Assembly (NCBI GenBank): GCA_048938895.1
Contig: JBHLLU010000008.1
Location: 1-64,000 of the forward strand
Reading direction: 5' to 3'
Length of the DNA: 64,000 nucleotides
From: Promethearchaeota archaeon
GTDB taxonomy: Archaea; Asgardarchaeota; Lokiarchaeia; Sigyniarchaeales; SOKP01
Shown: positions 9,603 through 18,525 of the stretch, in pieces
Numbering within the stretch: the first letter of the stretch is position 1
Layout of the letters: the number at the start of each line of letters is the position of its first letter
The notes under the pieces: model-generated
Databases searched by the model: none
The model's input: only the letters and a program-made list of their open reading frames with translations
What the model was told of the DNA's origin: nothing
Position numbers and translations under genes: made by a program

Positions 9603-10796
9603 TTAAACCTCTACGAATTTTTCTAATACAGTATTCATAATATTTATCCCTTTATCAATGTCTTTTTTACTGATTATAAGCGGCGGAACAAACCTTATAA
9701 CATTTTCCCCAGCCCCTAAAATGAGTAGACCTTCTTCCATACACTCTTTAATGATATCCTTCACTGAACAATTTAACTCAATACCAAGCATCAAACCATA
9801 TCCGCGTACATCTTTTATTAGTTCATACTTCTTCTGTATTTCAATTAATTTCTCTTTAAAATATTTGCCTTGCTTTTGTACATTTTCAAGAACACCCTTA
9901 AATAATAGTTTTTTAATTACTACTTTACCAGCTGTACAAGCTAAATGATTACCACCAAACGTTGATGCATGATCACCTGGTTGAAAAGCTTCCGCTTTAC
10001 TCTGAATGGCCATCATTGCTCCTATAGGAAAGCCTCCTCCTAATCCCTTTGCTAATGTTACAACATCAGGCTCGATATCAAATAACTGATATGCGAAGAG
10101 CTCGCCTGTTCTTCCTATTCCGCATTGAACCTCATCGAAAATTAGGATAATATCTTTTTCATCACAAAGAGAACGCACTTTCTGTAAGTAGTTCTTCTCA
10201 GCGGGATGAATTCCTCCCTCTCCTTGTATAGGTTCAATGATAACCGCACATGTGTTTTCACTCACCGCCTTTTCAAGCATGTCAAAGTTATTAAAATCCA
10301 CATAGGAAAATCCAGGGAGTAATGGATTAAATCCTTTTTGATATTTAGTTTGACCCGTTGCGGTAATAGTTGCCATGGTCCTACCATGAAACGATTTATT
10401 CATCGTAATGATTTCAAAACAATTTTCTCCATGAACTTTCCTTCCATATTTCTTACTCAACTTTATTGCCGCTTCTACAGCTTCTGCTCCACTATTACAG
10501 TAAAAAATCTTGTCAAAACAACTATTTTGAATTAATAATTCACTTAATTCAATTGAAGGTATCATCCAATACAAATTTGAACAATGCTGTAATTTTGCTA
10601 ACTGTGAAGTAATTTCTTTTACATAATCAGAATCATTATAACCAAGTGCATTTACAGCTATACCAGCAACGAAATCTAAATATTCTTTACCTTCACTATC
10701 CCAGAGATATACACCATTACCTCTTTCCAATACGATAGGGAACTGATTATATGTATTCATGATAACTTTATTCCCTCTTTCAATCCAATCATTCAT
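9603..10796 (-). CDS. argD: Acetylornithine aminotransferase
   Basis: Class III PLP motifs SFHGRT, DEVQCG, LAKGLGGG, STFGGN; arg operon context. Confidence 0.93.
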   Translation of the reverse strand: MNDWIERGNKVIMNTYNQFPIVLERGNGVYLWDSEGKEYLDFVAGIAVNALGYNDSDYVKEITSQLAKLQHCSNLYWMIPSIELSELLIQNSCFDKIFYCNSGAEAVEAAIKLSKKYGRKVHGENCFEIITMNKSFHGRTMATITATGQTKYQKGFNPLLPGFSYVDFNNFDMLEKAVSENTCAVIIEPIQGEGGIHPAEKNYLQKVRSLCDEKDIILIFDEVQCGIGRTGELFAYQLFDIEPDVVTLAKGLGGGFPIGAMMAIQSKAEAFQPGDHASTFGGNHLACTAGKVVIKKLLFKGVLENVQKQGKYFKEKLIEIQKKYELIKDVRGYGLMLGIELNCSVKDIIKECMEEGLLILGAGENVIRFVPPLIISKKDIDKGINIMNTVLEKFVEV

Positions 10797-10822
10797 AACC
10801 CCATTTAGCCTCTTTTTTCATT

Positions 10823-11689
10823 TTAATCTGATTTTTTAAACATAGTACCTATCCCATGAGGGGTGAATATTTCAAGCAAAAGGCTATGGTCAATTCTCCC
10901 ATCTATAATATGAACAGCCGTTACACCACTTTGTATCGCTTCTATACTACACCTTACTTTTGGAATCATTCCGTCGGTAATAATCCCTTCCTTTATAAAA
11001 GTTAAAGCTTGATCAACCTTCATCTCCTTTATTAGAGATGTATCATCATTAAGATCACTAAGCACGCCTAGAACATCAGTTAAATATATTAACTTTTCAG
11101 CTCTAAGTGCTTTTGATATGGCAAGTGCTACATCATCAGCATTTATATTGAATGTATTTCCTAAATTATCCTTTCCTATAGGTGCAATCACAGGGATTAC
11201 GGAATTATCTAGAATCCCTTGTAAAAATTTTGTATTAACATTTACAACCTCTCCAACAAAGCCTAAATCTTTTCCATCTACAATTTTCTTCTTAACTTGT
11301 AATAAATTGCTATCTTTTCCACAAATGCCAATTGCATTAGCACCTTGGGTTTGAATATCGTTAACTATACTTTTATTAATCTTTCCAGCTAATACCATTT
11401 CAACTACATCCATTGTTTCCTTATCCGTAACTCTTAATCCGTTGAAAAATTTTGGCTCGATTTCTAATTTTTTCAACATTTCATTTATGATGGGCCCTCC
11501 ACCATGAACTATTATGAGATTTATATCTACTAAATTCATAGACACAACATCTTCAACAAAACTTTTCTTGAGTTTAGGATCTTTCATGGCACTTCCTCCA
11601 AATTTTATGATAACAGTTTTACCATAAAATTTTTTGATGTATTGGAGTGCTTCAACCAAAATTTTTGCTTTTCCTAATTTATCAATCAT
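10823..11689 (-). CDS. argB: Acetylglutamate kinase (start moved to ATG 11689, MIDKLGK)
   Basis: IKFGG, VHGGGP, NINAD, GMIPK motifs; the longer ORF-track start would overlap argJ. Confidence 0.95.
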   Translation of the reverse strand: MIDKLGKAKILVEALQYIKKFYGKTVIIKFGGSAMKDPKLKKSFVEDVVSMNLVDINLIIVHGGGPIINEMLKKLEIEPKFFNGLRVTDKETMDVVEMVLAGKINKSIVNDIQTQGANAIGICGKDSNLLQVKKKIVDGKDLGFVGEVVNVNTKFLQGILDNSVIPVIAPIGKDNLGNTFNINADDVALAISKALRAEKLIYLTDVLGVLSDLNDDTSLIKEMKVDQALTFIKEGIITDGMIPKVRCSIEAIQSGVTAVHIIDGRIDHSLLLEIFTPHGIGTMFKKSD

Positions 11690-11702
11690 AATAGTCAACC
11701 TT

Positions 11703-12944
11703 TTATGTTCTGTAATTCCCATTAATTCGTACATAATCATAGGATAAATCACAACCCCAAGCAGTTGCTTCACCATTGCCATCTTTCAATATGACTTCAA
11801 CAATAATTTCATTTTTTTTCAAAATTTGTTTTGCTAATTTTTCATCGAATATTATAGGTATGCCATCATGCATGAGTTTAACCGAATTAGATCCGTTTTT
11901 AAATGTTATAGAAACTTTTGACGGATTAAATTTTGCTCCAGAATATCCCATGGCTGCAAGAATTCGACCCCAATTAGCATCCTCCCCAAAAAATGCCGTT
12001 TTCACTAAATTTGAAGTGATTACTGCTTTACTTAAGACTTTTGCTTCTTGATTAGAAGTTGCACCTTTAAGATTTACCGTAATGAATTTCTTAGCTCCTT
12101 CTCCATCCCTAACGATTTCTTGAGCTAAAAAAGTATTAACGTAATTTAATGCCTGTTTAAAAATATGATATTCCTTATTTTCCTCTTTAATTACTGAATT
12201 TCCGGCTAAACCATTAGCTAATAGAAATACTGAATCATTTGTGCTTGTATCTCCATCTACAGAGATCATGTGATACGAATCATCAACACTTTCCTTTAAA
12301 GCCTTATCCAATAATTCTCTTGAAATTTTAATATCAGTAGTGATAAAGGATAACATAGTTGCCATATTTGGATGTATCATTCCTGAACCTTTAGCCATCC
12401 CTCCAATTCTTATTCTCTTCTTATTAACAGAAAATTCAACTGTAATTTCTTTAGGATATGTATCCGTGGTCATAATTGCCTTAGCTGCTAAATGAGCATC
12501 TCTTTCCGTTTTTCCTAATTTTTGATATGTAGCATTGATTCCATCAAGTATCACATCAATTGGAAGAGGTACACCAATAACTCCCGTAGACGCAACGAGA
12601 ACTTGATTTTTATTTAAGTTTAAACAAGAGGCTAATTCAGCAGCTATTAATTCAGTATGATTAATCCCAATTTCTCCAGTACAAGCATTTGCATTTCCAC
12701 TATTAATAACAACCGCTTGGATTAGGTTTTGATTTTGAATAAGGTTTTGATCCCATAAAACCGGTGCTGCTTTTACCACATTTGTAGTGAATACCCCAAC
12801 TGCTTTAGCTGAAACTTCACTATATATTATAGCTAAGTCGTTCTTACCTTCTCTAATCCCAATATGATTACCAGTAGCATGATATCCCCTTGGACTTGTA
12901 ATCCCTCCATTGGTTTGTAATATTCCTACGTTTTTTGCTTCCAT
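11703..12944 (-). CDS. argJ: Ornithine acetyltransferase / N-acetylglutamate synthase
   Basis: NSGNANACTG, KGSGMIHPNMATML, DGDTSTND, DGEGA motifs. Confidence 0.97.
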   Translation of the reverse strand: MEAKNVGILQTNGGITSPRGYHATGNHIGIREGKNDLAIIYSEVSAKAVGVFTTNVVKAAPVLWDQNLIQNQNLIQAVVINSGNANACTGEIGINHTELIAAELASCLNLNKNQVLVASTGVIGVPLPIDVILDGINATYQKLGKTERDAHLAAKAIMTTDTYPKEITVEFSVNKKRIRIGGMAKGSGMIHPNMATMLSFITTDIKISRELLDKALKESVDDSYHMISVDGDTSTNDSVFLLANGLAGNSVIKEENKEYHIFKQALNYVNTFLAQEIVRDGEGAKKFITVNLKGATSNQEAKVLSKAVITSNLVKTAFFGEDANWGRILAAMGYSGAKFNPSKVSITFKNGSNSVKLMHDGIPIIFDEKLAKQILKKNEIIVEVILKDGNGEATAWGCDLSYDYVRINGNYRT

Positions 12945-13011
12945 TTCTCATGACCTCTTAAAATTGTATAATTTAATTCCCCCTATTAAAAAAATAATAA
13001 AAATAAAAATT

Positions 13012-13042
13012 TTGAAGAAGTAAAGAAAAAAAAATACTTCAA
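13012..13042 (-). terminator. Candidate attenuator element: GAAGTA/TACTTC stem enclosing a U9 tract, followed by further U-tracts
   Basis: Inverted repeat 13017-13022/13035-13040 around A9 (U9 in the transcript), about 30 nt downstream of the Arg-leader stop. Confidence 0.4.
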
Positions 13043-13063
13043 CTTATTATCTTTATTAAGAAA

Positions 13064-13159
13064 TTATCTACGGCGACGTGCCGATCTTTGATTGCGCGGT
13101 GCTTTTTGAAATTGTGTCCTTACAATTTCATAATTCCTATGAGGTCCAAGTGAAATCAA
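13064..13159 (-). CDS. Putative Arg-rich leader peptide of the arg operon, MISLGPHRNYEIVRTQFQKAPRNQRSARRRR (31 aa)
   Basis: Hand translation; TTG start with GGTG SD-like motif upstream; 8 Arg codons, ending CGT CGC CGT AGA TAA; ends 119 nt upstream of argJ. Confidence 0.78.
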   Translation of the reverse strand: MISLGPHRNYEIVRTQFQKAPRNQRSARRRR

Positions 13160-13210
13160 AGTTCAAAACACCAACACAATATTAATATTAACATAAATAT
13201 AGCATTGTTT

Positions 13211-13224
13211 ATTTATAAAAGTTA
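13211..13224 (-). promoter_or_regulatory. Candidate TATA box (TTTTATAAAT) of the arg leader/operon
   Basis: About 50 nt upstream of the leader start, leaving a short 5' UTR that contains the SD. Confidence 0.45.
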
Positions 13225-13405
13225 GGTAATAAATTAAACGATTCTTTAATAATTTCGTATTTTATTAAAAAATATAGTCAAAAAGAAAATATTTTATTAA
13301 ACGTTTGTTCCTTATTTTATTGCATTCGTTAAATATTTTTTAATACATAATTTGTATTAATAAAAACTTATCGATTTTTCATGAACATTTTTCAAAAAAC
13401 CTAAA

Positions 13406-14890
13406 TCATGAGATTAATTTTTTGATAATTTCTCCTCTAAGATTATCAGCCTTTTTAATCATTTCTATTCTTTCTGAAAATATTTTATGTAATGAATCTT
13501 TCTTATTTGTTAAAATACCAATGTCTTTTTTAATTTCTTTCTCAGAGGGAGAACCTTGGCTAATTCTTTTTTCTAAACAGAGATCTAAATTCTTTAATGT
13601 TTGAATTATATTTTCCGATATTGTTAACTTTTTATTCAGGACATCAAGAATATATTTCTCAATTTTTTCTTTCTTTAACAATTCTTCTGGTTTTTCTGAA
13701 TTTTTTACTAAAAGTGCAACTATTTCATGTGATTGCCTAAAAGGGATATTATACTCTTTTACTAATAACTCAGCTAAATCTAACGCAAGAATGTAACTTT
13801 CATCAATACTGCTTTTCATTATCTTTTTATTTACTGTAATGGTTGAGAATATCCCTTTGAACATATTAATCATTGAATCGACTTGACTAAATGAATGTTG
13901 TAATAATATCTTTAAATCTTGGAAATCCCTAAAATATCCTGTTGGAATTGCTTTAATAGTAATTGCAGCATTAAATAAGTTCGAAATAACTTTTGAACAT
14001 CTGCTTCTAATTAATTCCACTGTATCAGGATTTTTCTTTTGTGGCATAACGCTTGAAACAGAACAATACTCATCAGCAATTTCAATAAAATTAAATTCTT
14101 TACTAGACCAAACTATCAAGTCTTCAGCTATTCTCGAAAATTGAATAGCTAATAATGAAAGTACCATCAATGTTTCATAAATATAGTCTCGCGAACTAAT
14201 TGCGTCAATAGAATTATACACTATTCCATCAAATCCCAATAATTCTGAAGTTCTAACCCTATTAATATTAATACTTGTACCTCCAATAGCACAGGCACCA
14301 AGTGGATTCCTATTAATTCTATTATAAATCTCTTCAATTCTTTTTAGAGATCTTAAAATTTGTGCAATATAATTATTGATATAATGAGAAAAAACACCTA
14401 ATTGACCCCTTTGCAAGTGAGTATATAACGGGAGATACGATATAATATTATTTTTAGACAAAATAAATAAGATCTCAACAAGGGAGAATAAATCTTCGGA
14501 AATGTGATTTAGTTCTTTTCTGATTTTTAATCGTAAATCAACTGCTATTTGATCATTTCTTGATCTACCTGTATGCATTTTACCCCCAATATCAATCCCG
14601 ATTTCGTCGATAACAACCTTTTCGATAAAAGGATGAATATCCTCAAAATTTTTTTCAAGAGTTATATGACCATTTTTGATTTGTTTTTTTATTTTTTCAA
14701 GAGCAGGTAAGATGATTTTGATTTCAGTTTCACTAAGAATTTTTTGCTCATATAACATTATATCATGAACTTGAGTCCCAATAATATCCTCTTCAAAAAG
14801 CCAAACATCTTCTTTTAATGATGAAACAAACTCAAGTGCGTCATATTCAAGAGGAGTTCCTAACCTAGTTCTATAAAAATTTTTTCCCAT
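13406..14890 (-). CDS. argH: Argininosuccinate lyase
   Basis: HTGRSRNDQ, YTHLQRGQ, SSVMPQKKNPD motifs. Confidence 0.96.
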   Translation of the reverse strand: MGKNFYRTRLGTPLEYDALEFVSSLKEDVWLFEEDIIGTQVHDIMLYEQKILSETEIKIILPALEKIKKQIKNGHITLEKNFEDIHPFIEKVVIDEIGIDIGGKMHTGRSRNDQIAVDLRLKIRKELNHISEDLFSLVEILFILSKNNIISYLPLYTHLQRGQLGVFSHYINNYIAQILRSLKRIEEIYNRINRNPLGACAIGGTSININRVRTSELLGFDGIVYNSIDAISSRDYIYETLMVLSLLAIQFSRIAEDLIVWSSKEFNFIEIADEYCSVSSVMPQKKNPDTVELIRSRCSKVISNLFNAAITIKAIPTGYFRDFQDLKILLQHSFSQVDSMINMFKGIFSTITVNKKIMKSSIDESYILALDLAELLVKEYNIPFRQSHEIVALLVKNSEKPEELLKKEKIEKYILDVLNKKLTISENIIQTLKNLDLCLEKRISQGSPSEKEIKKDIGILTNKKDSLHKIFSERIEMIKKADNLRGEIIKKLIS

Positions 14891-15044
14891 TTTAGATCCC
14901 CAACATGTTATATTTGATTATTAAACTATTAGTTTTGTACTGCTATAATCTTTAAGGTTTCAACAAAAATATTTTAAAAAAGTCCTAAAAAACCTTTATT
15001 TCTAAAAATCTAAAATCTTGATTTTCAAATTATATTTTTTGTAG

Positions 15045-15161
15045 ATGAAGAGGGGATTAGTAAAAAATGAATTATGAATTTCAATCTATATTTTTCTTAG
15101 AACTGATGAATAATAAAAAGATATTAGGAACAAAATGTAAAAAATGTGGAAAGATATGGCT
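15045..15161 (+). pseudogene. Internally deleted remnant of the thiolase 3' end and DUF35 gene (duplicate of 758-931)
   Basis: 15045-15084 matches 758-797 and 15081-15161 matches 851-931 almost base for base. Confidence 0.88.
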
Positions 15162-15207
15162 TAGGTTTGGGAGTTGCTTATGAAAGTTTAACAAAATTAT
15201 TGATAAA

Positions 15208-15537
15208 ATGAATAATTCAGCTAAAGTTAAACAAGTATTTGTAACAGATATTGGGGGAAAGCCCATTAATTGGGATATAACATTTCAATTCTATTTAGAG
15301 GGTGAAGAACCATTCCACTTGATAATAAAAGACCAGGAGCTTAGCCTTTATTTAGGAATTGGACCCCGAGCAAATGTCGTAATGTCTGGAGATAATAATG
15401 CTATCGTAAAAATATGTAATGGTAAAGGAGATTTTACACATGCTATAAGTCGTGAAGAAATTACCGTTGAAAAAGGTAAAGTTATGGATGTAATTAGACT
15501 AACGAGGGCAATAGCAATAGTTTTAAAAACAGTTTAA
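15208..15537 (+). CDS. Second copy of the SCP2-domain protein (N-terminally shortened, possibly decaying)
   Basis: Near-identical to 1277..1648; a 1-nt deletion near 15195 puts the upstream TTG start out of frame. Confidence 0.7.
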   Translation: MNNSAKVKQVFVTDIGGKPINWDITFQFYLEGEEPFHLIIKDQELSLYLGIGPRANVVMSGDNNAIVKICNGKGDFTHAISREEITVEKGKVMDVIRLTRAIAIVLKTV

Positions 15538-15706
15538 ATATAGTCAAATTTTTTTTTATTAATATTCTAATAAGAATAATTCAACGTTTTTCTTGACTGA
15601 TAGAAATCTTTATATACGAACTATTGAAATATAACTCGTTAAATTTATCCAAAAATAACCTAGAATTTATTTTAAGTAAAAGGTAAAATATGAGGTAAAA
15701 AACTTT

Positions 15707-16525
15707 ATGCCAGAAATAAAAAGAGAAATTGCTATAATTGCTATAATAGCAGGTTTAGGAATAGGTGTCCTAGGTGGATGGTTTATTCCTGCACCTGAAT
15801 TAACAACACACAAACCTTTATTAGATAAAATTATTAGTAGGCAAGAGCTCCTTGTAGGTACTAGTGCTGATTATCCACCTTTTGAAAATAAGACATGGCC
15901 GGGGGGTCAAATAGTTGGTTTTGATATCGATCTTTCACAAATGATTGTAGATAGGATAGGTCATGGGGTGACCCTTAAAATGGTTGATTTACCCTTTGAT
16001 TCTCTAATTTCTGCTTGTAAAGCAGGTACAGTCGACATGCTCGCAGCAGGGTTAAGCTATACTGAGGAGCGTGCAGAAGAGCTCGCAGCATCCATAACTT
16101 ACATCAATGTAAGCCAAGTGGTTATTGCCAAAAACGATTCGGGATACACAATCACTAGCATAAATGATGTCACAGCCTACACCGTTGGAGTTCAAACAGC
16201 GACTGTAATGTATGATGAGTTAGATGGTTTAGGGATGACTCTCAATGTAGATCTTTTTGCGTATGATAATGCTATTGAACTTATGCAAGCATTAGATACG
16301 GATGCTATTGACCTTGCATACATAGATGGTCCTGTGTTCACCGCATGGGAAGGTATTTATGATATTGAGGTCTTGTATAGCTCCGGAATAGATCCATTTG
16401 CCATATATACACAACATAATGAACCGGAACTCCTTTATATTATAAATACGGTGATTTATGAGAGTTATCTGACAGGATCGATCTTCAATGTGATAAATTA
16501 TTGGTTCGGCAACGTCACAACATAA
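15707..16525 (+). CDS. Polar amino-acid ABC transporter substrate-binding protein (family 3)
   Basis: N-terminal TM anchor; VGTSADYPPFE and GFDIDL motifs. Confidence 0.9.
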   Translation: MPEIKREIAIIAIIAGLGIGVLGGWFIPAPELTTHKPLLDKIISRQELLVGTSADYPPFENKTWPGGQIVGFDIDLSQMIVDRIGHGVTLKMVDLPFDSLISACKAGTVDMLAAGLSYTEERAEELAASITYINVSQVVIAKNDSGYTITSINDVTAYTVGVQTATVMYDELDGLGMTLNVDLFAYDNAIELMQALDTDAIDLAYIDGPVFTAWEGIYDIEVLYSSGIDPFAIYTQHNEPELLYIINTVIYESYLTGSIFNVINYWFGNVTT

Positions 16526-16654
16526 TTGATCTACTATATATGGATTTAAGGAATAACCTTAAATGATGAATATTAATTAATTAACATTTTTTTTCAATTT
16601 TTGATTATTTGTAAAAGATAAATTAAAATTTCATTCCATAATTAAATAATAACG

Positions 16655-17734
16655 ATGCTGTTTACCAATATAAATGAAGTCATAATCACGAGGATTTTTA
16701 CTCAAATTGCGATATTCATAATTGGCATATATGTATTAAGATGGTATGCCAAGAAGAAGAGCAAACACTATACCAATGTGTGGGATACATCTCTTAGAAC
16801 TTCTATAATTATAAATTTATCTTGGTTGATAATCAGCATTCCTTGGAGTCTCACATTTAATTTCATGCGTTTAGAAACTGTGTATGTCGATCTAATCCTC
16901 TCAGGAATTAATATTTTTATTGGTTTTCTGCTCGTAATAATTCTCTATGAGAAAGAAATAAAAGAATCTTTTATGTTTGTAGTTATTATTCAACTTATTA
17001 TTTTTATCGCATCTTTGGTAGTTGGATTCTTAGTGAGAATTATAATAATATTCTTTACATCAGGAAATTATGAAATAGCTCTTTACATTCTCAAGATTGG
17101 ATTACCATATACACTACTTCTTACTTTTCTTGGATTGCTTATAGGGTTTATCATTGGTATTGTTTTAGCGCTTATGCGGGTTTATAGCGGTATTGAACTC
17201 AATTGGCTAGCAAGTACTTATGAGAAGATATTCCGAGGTATTCCTGTTGTTGTTTTAATTTATATCTTTGCCTATGGTGTTACTGGTATATTTTGGTTCA
17301 TAGATCCCCTTCAAAGACCACTAGCAAGCATAGTTTTAGCACTCGGTCTTCGTAGTGGTGCATATCAATCCCAGATTTTCCGTGGGGCAATATTATCAGT
17401 GAACCCGGGTCAAACAGATGCAGCTCGTGCAATAGGTATGAGTGGGAGTCAAGCATTTCGACATATTATATTTCCTCAAGCAATTCGATTAGCTGTACCC
17501 AGTTGGTCAAATGAATATGCGGTAGTGATAAAAGATTCTTCATTTGCGTATGCTGTCGGAATTGTTGAAATGACAAGAGTTGCATATGATTATTCTCGAG
17601 CATTTCAAGGTACTTGGGCATTAGCAGTAGGCATTCTTGCAATCTTATATTTTCTCTTAACTTTTCCTATAACCAAATTATTTGGTGAACGACAAACTAA
17701 GAAGTTAAAGGAATTAGGTATGGGTGGTGGATAA
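16655..17734 (+). CDS. Amino-acid ABC transporter permease with extra N-terminal membrane domain
   Basis: FRGIP and SGAYQSQIFRGAILSVNPGQTDAARAIGMS (EAA loop). Confidence 0.88.
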   Translation: MLFTNINEVIITRIFTQIAIFIIGIYVLRWYAKKKSKHYTNVWDTSLRTSIIINLSWLIISIPWSLTFNFMRLETVYVDLILSGINIFIGFLLVIILYEKEIKESFMFVVIIQLIIFIASLVVGFLVRIIIIFFTSGNYEIALYILKIGLPYTLLLTFLGLLIGFIIGIVLALMRVYSGIELNWLASTYEKIFRGIPVVVLIYIFAYGVTGIFWFIDPLQRPLASIVLALGLRSGAYQSQIFRGAILSVNPGQTDAARAIGMSGSQAFRHIIFPQAIRLAVPSWSNEYAVVIKDSSFAYAVGIVEMTRVAYDYSRAFQGTWALAVGILAILYFLLTFPITKLFGERQTKKLKELGMGGG

Positions 17735-17736
17735 AA

Positions 17737-18525
17737 ATGAAAGAATCTGTGATCCGTGTAGATAATATATGGAAATCGTATGATAATTTAGAGGTCCTTA
17801 AAGGAGTTTCTTTTGATTTAGCTGAACAGGAAGTTAAAGTAGTATTTGGACCAAGTGGTTCCGGAAAAAGTACACTCCTTAGATGCATTAATATGCTAAA
17901 TCCTCCAGAGAGGGGTGATATTTACCTTAGGGGTCAGAATATAACTCTGCCAGGTGTCGATCTTAATGCAGTTAGAACAAGATTAGGAATGGTTTTCCAA
18001 CATTTTAACCTTTTTGCCCACCTCAAGGCTATTGATAATGTGAGTATAGGTCTTCGCAAGGTAAAGGGCTTACCGAAGAAAGAAGCTCAAATAAAAGCAC
18101 TTGAAGCATTAGATCATGTCAGGATGGCAGAATGGGCAGACCATTATCCTGCGCAATTATCCGGCGGTCAACAGCAACGCGTAGGCATAGCTCGAGCATT
18201 AGCTATGGAACCTGATGTGATACTGTTTGATGAACCTACATCAGCATTAGATCCCGAATTAATTGGGGAAGTACTTCAAGTAATGCTAGATCTCGCCAAA
18301 TCAGGTACAACAATGATAGTAGTAACTCATGAATTGGGATTTGCCAAAGCCGTGGCTTCAGAAATGATATTTATCGGTGACGGAATCGTAATTGAAAGAG
18401 GAACACCTCAACATTTTTTCACATCACCTAAATCCGAAAGAGTGAAAAAATTTCTCAAACAACTTGAAGTTTTATATGGAACACATGAGGAACTTCTAAA
18501 ACCTATAGATGAGGATGAATATTGA
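17737..18525 (+). CDS. Amino-acid ABC transporter ATP-binding protein (GlnQ family)
   Basis: GPSGSGKST, LSGGQQQR, LFDEPTSALDPE motifs. Confidence 0.95.
   Translation: MKESVIRVDNIWKSYDNLEVLKGVSFDLAEQEVKVVFGPSGSGKSTLLRCINMLNPPERGDIYLRGQNITLPGVDLNAVRTRLGMVFQHFNLFAHLKAIDNVSIGLRKVKGLPKKEAQIKALEALDHVRMAEWADHYPAQLSGGQQQRVGIARALAMEPDVILFDEPTSALDPELIGEVLQVMLDLAKSGTTMIVVTHELGFAKAVASEMIFIGDGIVIERGTPQHFFTSPKSERVKKFLKQLEVLYGTHEELLKPIDEDEY

Noticed and set aside
11690-11782. N-terminal extension of argB in the ORF track
   Set aside because: Overlaps the argJ 3' end; ATG 11689 has an SD-like motif and matches the normal ArgB length.
13156-13194. Tiny ORF MLILILCWCFEL whose TGA overlaps the TTG of the Arg leader
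   Set aside because: Its ATG is only about 17 nt from the TATA box, so probably upstream of the TSS; no cognate-codon signal. Translational coupling cannot be fully excluded.
14891-15044. Searched for a leader peptide upstream of argH (and likewise ltaE, glyS and the ABC operon)
   Set aside because: No short ORF enriched in a relevant amino acid found; ATG AGG TAA near 15690 is just the GAGGT SD.
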